DNA of 63,998 nucleotides, the filler included, from Stramenopiles sp. TOSAG23-2 (Eukaryota): NCBI GenBank assembly GCA_900128395.1. It is 5 parts of 5 records of this genome, joined end to end, with 100 filler letters (N's around TTAATTAATTAA, not from the genome) between each part and the next. Parts side by side here need not be neighbours in the genome. Positions count along the whole stretch, not along the records: positions 52,185 to 63,998 come from LT649895.1; 4 more parts are not named here. The stretch is one strand, 5' to 3'. This document shows, in pieces, positions 56,689 through 63,998 of this stretch; within the stretch, counting starts at the first letter, position 1; every line of letters starts with the position of its first letter. The notes beneath the pieces are model-generated. The model saw nothing but the letters and a program-made list of their open reading frames with translations. It did not search any database and had not been told where the DNA came from. Both the position numbers and the translations under genes were made by a program.

Positions 56689-58212
56689 ATGGGTTTATGT
56701 GCATCTGGGAAAATAGCAGATACATTTGTTGGTTCAACCATTCACGAAGGTAATCGTAAAGTACATATACCAATACCAGAACATTTAGAAGATTGGCAAA
56801 GAATAGACGAAGACAATTTACATAAAGCAATACATTTCTTTAATAAATCATACATCAAATCAAGGAAAGAATTTCTTAAAAAGTATGGCGGTGATGCCCA
56901 CGAAGAGGAAATAAAAAAGCACAGACATAAACATGAGTTTAATGTGAAAAAATTAATGAAAAAAAATGGATTAAAACAATATGCACACTTATTTGATAAA
57001 ATGAGTCCTGGGGATGCTGCAAGGTTTGCTAAAACTGGTTTGACATTCGATAAACGCAAAGAATTACATATGAAAGGTGAACATTACCACAAAATATGCG
57101 AAATCTTGCATGTAGAAAATGCGGCCCCACCTGCTGTCCATAAGAATAAAGGCCACAATGGGACCATGGAGCTGGATGAGTTAGTTAAAATAGTCAAACG
57201 GTCTGAAAAATTAACTCACGAGAAAATACCACCAGAGGATTGTAAACGTATTGCTGCATTTTGTTGGACATTCCGTAACGTTTTACGGGATGAGAGTTAT
57301 AAAATGGAGAAGGAAGTAAAATTCGATCAAAGTATATTTATGAGTCCAAAATTTTGTGGTGATTTCACTGAAAACCAATTACAACATATGTTTCGATTTT
57401 TTGATAAATGCGATGTGTTTAAAAATGGGTATATCGTACATGATGATTTATCCGATTATTTTTCAAAAGATGGTGAGCAACATTCCGATAGTGTCTTTGT
57501 TGATCTTATTTGTCATGATTATGGAAGTATAGAGAAACCTGGATTCTTAGATGTGAAGGAATTTTGCACACTCGTGGAAACTATATGTTTAATGCATGAA
57601 GATGAATTGTTACACTTTTCATTCCATGAATTGCAATATAAACAAGAGGAAGATAAGTTTGATGAAAGGCAATATATTGATTTAAGAACATTATGCGATC
57701 GTATTCATGGCTTTAAACGAGCGAAGAAAGCACATGAGAAAGGTGAACAGGCAGGTGACAACTGGGATTTATATGCTGAAATGGAAAAATTCCATAAAGG
57801 TTCTGCTACGCCCACAAAGGAACAAGCAAAATTTGGTACATTATTAGATAAAGAAAAACTACGATTTAAAGATTGGGTAAAAATAACACACGATGCACCA
57901 AGTGTTTATTATGGGATGACATGGATACAACAAGAATTTCGAAAAAAATCTGGTTTAGGTGTAAAATTTTGGAAAAATCGTCGTAAAAAAATGACGGGAG
58001 AGTTTGATGTAAACCATGAACATGAAGTAAGATTGCAAGCAAAGCTTGAAGCATCTAAACGCTCGCACGAACTTGATTATTCACATCATAATAGAAAAGG
58101 TTATAAAAAAGGCATGCATCGTGTGGATAGTTCAATTAAACATCATCATAGTACAAAAATTCATGGAAAACATGGGGATCATAAGGGAAGATACAAACAT
58201 AAAGGTAAATAG
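56689..58212 (+). CDS. Predicted myristoylated/palmitoylated EF-hand protein with His/Lys-rich tail
   Basis: MGLCAS N-terminus; EF-hand-like DVFKNGYIVHDD and EKPGFLDVKE; His-rich C-terminus. Confidence 0.7.
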   Translation: MGLCASGKIADTFVGSTIHEGNRKVHIPIPEHLEDWQRIDEDNLHKAIHFFNKSYIKSRKEFLKKYGGDAHEEEIKKHRHKHEFNVKKLMKKNGLKQYAHLFDKMSPGDAARFAKTGLTFDKRKELHMKGEHYHKICEILHVENAAPPAVHKNKGHNGTMELDELVKIVKRSEKLTHEKIPPEDCKRIAAFCWTFRNVLRDESYKMEKEVKFDQSIFMSPKFCGDFTENQLQHMFRFFDKCDVFKNGYIVHDDLSDYFSKDGEQHSDSVFVDLICHDYGSIEKPGFLDVKEFCTLVETICLMHEDELLHFSFHELQYKQEEDKFDERQYIDLRTLCDRIHGFKRAKKAHEKGEQAGDNWDLYAEMEKFHKGSATPTKEQAKFGTLLDKEKLRFKDWVKITHDAPSVYYGMTWIQQEFRKKSGLGVKFWKNRRKKMTGEFDVNHEHEVRLQAKLEASKRSHELDYSHHNRKGYKKGMHRVDSSIKHHHSTKIHGKHGDHKGRYKHKGK

Positions 58213-58238
58213 GTAGAGGGACTTAAAAAATCCGCCGT

Positions 58239-59771
58239 TCAAAACAAACTTATAATTTTTTCCGTAAAATGTTTCCAACTAAATTGTTGAGATTGTCGTT
58301 TATTTACTCCAGATGCAATTTCTTGTATTTTATCTTTGTTTTCTATAAATTCTTTCAACAATTTTAATAAATTCTCTTTGCTTGGTTCCAGCATTTTTGT
58401 CATTCCATCATCTACTAATGTAAGATTTTGTGGTGCTTGTTGAAATTTCGTTTTAATAAATGGTTGAAATTTGTTTACCCGATAGAAAGGCACAAAATCA
58501 TCTGTTGACCCGCCAGCACTTACGAGAACTGGTAAACCGACACTCATTGCTTCTAATACTGGCATATTAAATCCTTCTCCACGATATGGTGAAATATATA
58601 AATCTGCTATATTATATAATAGATTCATATCTTCACTAGAGAAAATACCACCGATATATTTTATCGAATTTTCTGGAAGCTTATAAATTTGTACTAAGTG
58701 TTTTAAATATTCAACTGGAGAATATAAATCATCTAAGCCTTTTAATAATAATAAACAACAGTTTGGTTTATATTTAATTAATTTGTGAAATGTAGATAAT
58801 AAAACATCCATACCTTTGTTTCTTGTCATAGCACCAACCGTGAAAAATACAATTTTATCACTACTTTTGATATTCAATATTTTTTTAATATTGATATAAT
58901 TGTTACTATTACTACGTCCATCTGAATCAACATCAATCATTTTATTATTATTAATATTATCGTTGTTACTACTACTACTATCATCATCACCGTCGTCATC
59001 CTCTTCTCCTTGATTTAATATTTCAATGCGTTTTTTAATTTTTTGTTTCTTTGACAATTCATAATAAATATTAGAATTAACACCCAATGGTATATTTAAT
59101 ATTTTACGTGGAAATATTCCTGTATTAATAAATCCTGCACGTGACCATGATGAATGTGTTATCATTTTCATATTTTCATTATAAAAATTAAAATTACTTA
59201 ACACTGATTTCAATGACGATTTATTATTATTATTATTATTAGATTGATCCCAATATATAAAGTTATTAACTGATAAAAATTCTGAAGTTCCAATTACAAA
59301 TATTTTCGTCTTTTTATAGTCTTCATTATTATCTTTACAATGCTTTTTTCTATTATTTATATTATATGGAAATGAAATTCGAATTGTTATGTTACGCCAT
59401 GTTGTTAAATTGCATAATTTGATTTTTTGCATAGATTTTTCTATCGCTTTGTCATATAATGTTTTCGTTGTAGATTTCCATTTTGGATTCCAAAATGGTA
59501 CATCATAAAAAAAAACTTCGCAATATGATGGTATCGATTGCACTAAGTTATGATAAAAATATGTACTAACAATTGAATATGAATGTGGTATATTTCTCCA
59601 TCCTTCCACGACTATACGACATGGATATTTAATCGTTGAATATGCCGTTGATTCATCAAAACGATAATTAGGTTGTATTATGGATGCCGCTGCATTGATT
59701 ATATTGCAAAGATCAAAGCATAATATATATATGGATATTGCAAATATTTTACAGATGAAACAACAATGCAT
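58239..59771 (-). CDS. Glycosyltransferase family 4 (GT-B) with signal anchor
   Basis: VGAMTRNKG, YISPYRGEGFNMPVLEAMSVGLPV (EX7E); N-terminal hydrophobic segment. Confidence 0.85.
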   Translation of the reverse strand: MHCCFICKIFAISIYILCFDLCNIINAAASIIQPNYRFDESTAYSTIKYPCRIVVEGWRNIPHSYSIVSTYFYHNLVQSIPSYCEVFFYDVPFWNPKWKSTTKTLYDKAIEKSMQKIKLCNLTTWRNITIRISFPYNINNRKKHCKDNNEDYKKTKIFVIGTSEFLSVNNFIYWDQSNNNNNNKSSLKSVLSNFNFYNENMKMITHSSWSRAGFINTGIFPRKILNIPLGVNSNIYYELSKKQKIKKRIEILNQGEEDDDGDDDSSSSNNDNINNNKMIDVDSDGRSNSNNYINIKKILNIKSSDKIVFFTVGAMTRNKGMDVLLSTFHKLIKYKPNCCLLLLKGLDDLYSPVEYLKHLVQIYKLPENSIKYIGGIFSSEDMNLLYNIADLYISPYRGEGFNMPVLEAMSVGLPVLVSAGGSTDDFVPFYRVNKFQPFIKTKFQQAPQNLTLVDDGMTKMLEPSKENLLKLLKEFIENKDKIQEIASGVNKRQSQQFSWKHFTEKIISLF

Positions 59772-60482
59772 ATTGTTGTCATAACTACTACTAACTGCTG
59801 CTGCTACAACGAATAGTAGCTACTAGTATGAAAGAAATATAGAATTGAGAAGGAATTGCCTCTGAATAATACATTTTTCTTCATTCAATTACGTATATGA
59901 TACATTTATTAGAAATATAATGTTTTGAAATGTGTCACAGTATACAACAACCAAACCTTAAAGCTGCCAAAAAAGGTTTACAAAATACAAAATTGCAAAA
60001 ATTTGGTACCTATAGGAGGTATAATATTATGATCTAAATCTGCTCGTTACCTATCAAAAACTGGCCAAAATAATACCTGTTACCTTAACCTGTTACTATT
60101 ACTGTATTGAATTTCTCTGGACACCAGAGGCATTCTAATTCCAGGCATTTCCTGGTCCATAAATGGAATAAATTGAAATAAATCTATTAATACGTTTTTT
60201 TTTTCCGGAGGGCAAGAGGAGGAAGAAAGCCAATGGAAAGCCTGGAAAGCCAGAAAGAAGCATCATTTTTTATTTTTTTCTTCTATTATAGATGATTTAA
60301 AAATATCTTATTAATAAATAATAATAATCTAAATTAAAAATTATTTAAATATAGAATTTAGAAAATATTTGAAAAAGTATATATAATACCATTTTGTATA
60401 TAGTTTTGTTGCAATCACAACACGAACAAGAAAAGCAGAGAAAAGATTTTATATATAGATATATATAGATATATTACTCACA

Positions 60483-62315
60483 ATGTCATCGCCAGAAGCA
60501 TCAAATCAAATGGATGATGATGTATCGACTAAAACAAATATTGGTGAAGACGAGATGGTAATGACAGAGGATAATAATAATAATAATGCTGATTATTCGT
60601 CAAAAATACAAGAAGAGGTGACAAATAACAATAATAACGAGACGTCAAAAGAAGATAATGATGCAATAGCAGAATGGGAAGCATCTGCAAAGATGATTGC
60701 AGAAAAAGTACAACGTCAACAAGAAGGCAAAGAAACTGCGATGTTGCCAAAGGAACATGAAGATGAATCCTTTTTAACAGTAGATGAAATAGCAAAATTA
60801 TTAGATGCACAACTTGCAGATAATGCAGGAAGTAAAAGTAAATTTGGCTTTTCTTCACGTGCTTCCAATTCCAAAGAAGAGAAAGAAATGTTGGCAAATT
60901 GGTTTTTGGAACGTAGTAAATACATACCTTTACGTTTATCATACGAAGAGAGGAAATATTTACGTCTAGTGAAAGCAACCATGAATGGTGCGGAATATAC
61001 AGATTTAGTCGATGGCAAAACTCATAAATCCGAGCAAAGAAGACAAAATGAAATCGTACGTTGTATTGGTGCTACGTTGACAGGTTTAGTAACTGCATTG
61101 AAACATAGTGTTGGGCAAAAATTAGCTGAAAACAGAAATTTTAGTAAATACAGCGCATCCATACAAAGTATTTTTGAAATCACAAGGCGTTATAAAATTA
61201 TGAATCCAGAAAAAATGCGTACAGCATATGGAAAAATGTTGTATTTATTACAAGATTCTAATTCAGAAGCAATTCAACAAGCATTGGAAATGACATGTGT
61301 GAAGCCAATTAAAAATGTATATGACACATTAGAGGAATTTGAGGCATTGGATATATTGAGAGATCCATATGTTGCAACAGCTACAATGGAAATATTACCA
61401 GAAAAGAAAACAAGGAATCAAATCCAAAGGGAAATTGCGATGAAAAATAAAGCAAAGAAATACATATGTAGGAAATATGAGAAAAGAGGCTTAGACAGAG
61501 ATACTATTGAAAATTGTCTTAATAGTATTTGTGATAATAATAATTATTTAAATAGTAATCGAAAACCCGTTGATCGTATGATATATTATTTGCAAAAATT
61601 TTTCAATCCAAAAACAACTGGAAACGACGATCCCTTTAGTTTAGCAATTACAACTGGTGATGGAGAGGCAAGGCTTACACATTCACATGAACGGCAATTT
61701 AATTATGTTTTACAATCATTAACATTGTGGCGTGAGATTGTAAATGATATGTTTCGTTTATGGTGTAGCGCTGAGCAAGATTTATTGGATGAAAATTGTA
61801 AATATGTATTGCGTGATACAGGTCAAGGAAAACAACGTGTTCAAGTAGCAAATCGTACTAGTAAAGCTATGCATGGAATACTTTATGCCGTGCAACAGCG
61901 TAATGGCAATTGTGACGATGGCTGGGTTGGATCAAGTGTTATTCATTTAGGTGATAATAATGTACCAAATGCATTAATGTTTATCGATAAATACAATCAA
62001 GTATGTAAAATTTTAAATCCAATTGATCAAGCATTACGATATGTTGATATTAACATGGAAGATGATGGATTAAAACAATATATTAAAACTACATATGGTA
62101 GTGCAGAAAAAGCAAAGATAACTGTTTTATGCGATTTTTTCAAAGGTGCATTTGATGGTAGTGGAGGTGACAATTTTTTCGAAGCTGGTAGTTGTATTGA
62201 TGGTAGATTAACAAGTGCATGGAATTGGTGTCAACAATTGCCACAAAAAGATTTCTTTCCATTATTTCGATTGTCTGGATTTTTAGGTTTCGATGGTAGA
62301 GAGTTTCAAGAGTAA
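60483..62315 (+). CDS. DUF2009/UPF0652 family protein
   Basis: ERSKYIPLRL..EERKYL, RRYKIMNPEKMR..YGK, WVGSSVIHLGD.NVPNAL.FIDKY, AGSCIDGRLTSAWNWC. Confidence 0.85.
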   Translation: MSSPEASNQMDDDVSTKTNIGEDEMVMTEDNNNNNADYSSKIQEEVTNNNNNETSKEDNDAIAEWEASAKMIAEKVQRQQEGKETAMLPKEHEDESFLTVDEIAKLLDAQLADNAGSKSKFGFSSRASNSKEEKEMLANWFLERSKYIPLRLSYEERKYLRLVKATMNGAEYTDLVDGKTHKSEQRRQNEIVRCIGATLTGLVTALKHSVGQKLAENRNFSKYSASIQSIFEITRRYKIMNPEKMRTAYGKMLYLLQDSNSEAIQQALEMTCVKPIKNVYDTLEEFEALDILRDPYVATATMEILPEKKTRNQIQREIAMKNKAKKYICRKYEKRGLDRDTIENCLNSICDNNNYLNSNRKPVDRMIYYLQKFFNPKTTGNDDPFSLAITTGDGEARLTHSHERQFNYVLQSLTLWREIVNDMFRLWCSAEQDLLDENCKYVLRDTGQGKQRVQVANRTSKAMHGILYAVQQRNGNCDDGWVGSSVIHLGDNNVPNALMFIDKYNQVCKILNPIDQALRYVDINMEDDGLKQYIKTTYGSAEKAKITVLCDFFKGAFDGSGGDNFFEAGSCIDGRLTSAWNWCQQLPQKDFFPLFRLSGFLGFDGREFQE

Positions 62316-62428
62316 AAATTTTTTTTATTATAAGGGGAGAGCAAGAGAAAGGGAGTCCAAAAATTAAGTGAATGTGCTTTTGATGACATCAGAGAGGAGA
62401 TTGTTTTTCACTAAACACAATATTAAAA

Positions 62429-62860
62429 AAAATTTTAAATCCAATTGATCAAGCATTACGATATGTTGATATTAACATGGAAGATGATGGATTAAAACAA
62501 TATATTAAAACTACATATGGTAGTGCAGAAAAAAGCAAAGATAACTGTTTTATGCGATTTTTTCAAAGGTGCATTTGATGGTAGTGGAGGTGACAATTTT
62601 TTCGAAGCTGGTAGTTGTATTGATGGTAGATTAACAAGTGCATGGAATTGGTGTCAACAATTGCCACAAAAAGATTTCTTTCCATTATTTCGATTGTCTG
62701 GATTTTTAGGTTTCGATGGTAGAGAGTTTCAAGAGTAAAAATTTTTTTTATTATAAGGGGAGAGCAAGAGAAAGGGAGTCCAAAAATTAAGTGTGTGTGC
62801 TTGTGATGACATCAGAGAGGAGATTGTTTTTCACTAAACACAATATTAAAAAAAATTTTA
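62429..62860 (+). repeat. Tandem second copy (~423 bp) of the DUF2009 3' end with a few variants
   Basis: Repeats ~62007-62437 with a 1-nt indel and UTR differences. Confidence 0.8.
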
Positions 62861-63131
62861 TACTTCGTAATATGCATATATACAGAAATTTTGATTTTTT
62901 ATATTTTTGCATTCTCCGCGTGTGTCTTCTTGTACTCTTTCTCTCGGAAAAACTTTTGTACGAAAAACCCACGCACACTTTTTTGTTTTTTATTAAAATT
63001 ATTTTAATAAAATCTTAAACATGACTAGATTGCCTTCTCATTGGTGTTTTCTTTTTCTTCGTGTATTAAACTTGTATTGTTGTGTTGTTAAAAAAAAAGG
63101 CTGTGGGCTAAGTAAAGATAATAATAAAATC

Positions 63132-63976
63132 TTAAACATGACTAGATTGCCTTCTCATTGGTGTTTTCTTTTTCTTCACCGTGCTGATATGTTTATACGC
63201 AGTAGAACGTTTATTTATCTTACGTGTTGATCCTTTTTTGCTACGAGTAGATGGTGTCGTATTACCACTACGATAACCAGCTGGCGGCAATTGTGTCACA
63301 AATGTATGGCCTTTACCACCACCAGTAGATCGTTTTTTCATCGTAGAAGATCGTCTTGATTTCTTTTTGTTAGAAGTTTGTGTACCTAAAATTTCAGAAA
63401 TACCAGCTGAGCCTCTAAACCCACCAAATGTTATATTGGTATTTTCATCCATCAATGATTCTGTACTATTTGTTCTACTTCTACCACCACCATTTTTTCT
63501 ACTTGATTTACCTTTACCACGTCTATGCTTCATACACACTATTATCAAAATCACTAATATTAGACACATCACTGCTAGATCTTCTTCTCATATTAGTCTT
63601 TCCTGCTATTGTACGACTTCGACCAAAGCTCAATTTTTTCTTCTTATTTGCTTTTGTATTTATTGGTGATGGTGGAAATGGAAATTTTGTATTTGAATCT
63701 TCAATAACATTATTATTGTTATTATTATTATTATTATTACTATTTTTGTTCTCTACGTTGTTTTTGTCGCGATTGTATGGATGATGAAGTAGATGGTTTA
63801 CGTACATCGTTTTCCTTTTTTTTGTTGTTGTTGGAAGAAGCATTATTAATTTCAGATGGCATTTTCATTTTTAATGACATGTTTTTTGACTTTCTTATTT
63901 TCAATACTTGCATTCCATTGCTTTGAAACCGTGTTTTACGTTGTTTCGTCGTTATCTTTCGTGTTACTTGATCCAT
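63132..63976 (-). pseudogene. Frameshifted low-complexity K/R/S/N-rich gene fragment
   Basis: Three overlapping ORFs (63740-63976, 63523-63843, 63132-63572) read as one protein with two frameshifts. Confidence 0.35.
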
Positions 63977-63998
63977 GGTGATGATGGATGGATGGATG

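Overview
AT-rich eukaryotic DNA with standard code, few short GT-AG introns and Asn-rich low-complexity proteins. Gene content suggests a flagellated marine protist, probably a stramenopile (inference). The window is not one locus: it is five contigs of about 13 kb, apparently sorted by length, joined by artificial 100-bp N-TTAATTAATTAA-N spacers (12959, 26010, 39057, 52085). Many short tandem or flanking duplications, several about 55 bp, look like assembly artefacts. Recognisable genes: CEP164-like WW protein, alpha/beta hydrolase, clan GH-A glycosidase, site-2 protease, EMG1/Nep1, CDK, Cys-rich surface protein, Na+/K+-ATPase alpha, IQ/WW/B-box protein, NBS1, SDHAF2, HSCB, SDR, multidomain MAP3K, AIF (duplicated), ZNF511-like, GT4 and DUF2009. 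The strongest novelty is a CDK9/CDK12-class kinase with a ~125-aa cupredoxin-like domain, of a type I recognise from marine phage/bacterial proteins, inserted in-frame in its activation loop; its divergent neighbour also carries phage-virion-like modules. Other leads: a BART-domain MAP3K, a heavily inserted Na+/K+-ATPase, twin homologous introns offset by 1 nt, two MITE-like elements and a foldback hairpin. All family calls come from motif recognition by eye; no searches were run.
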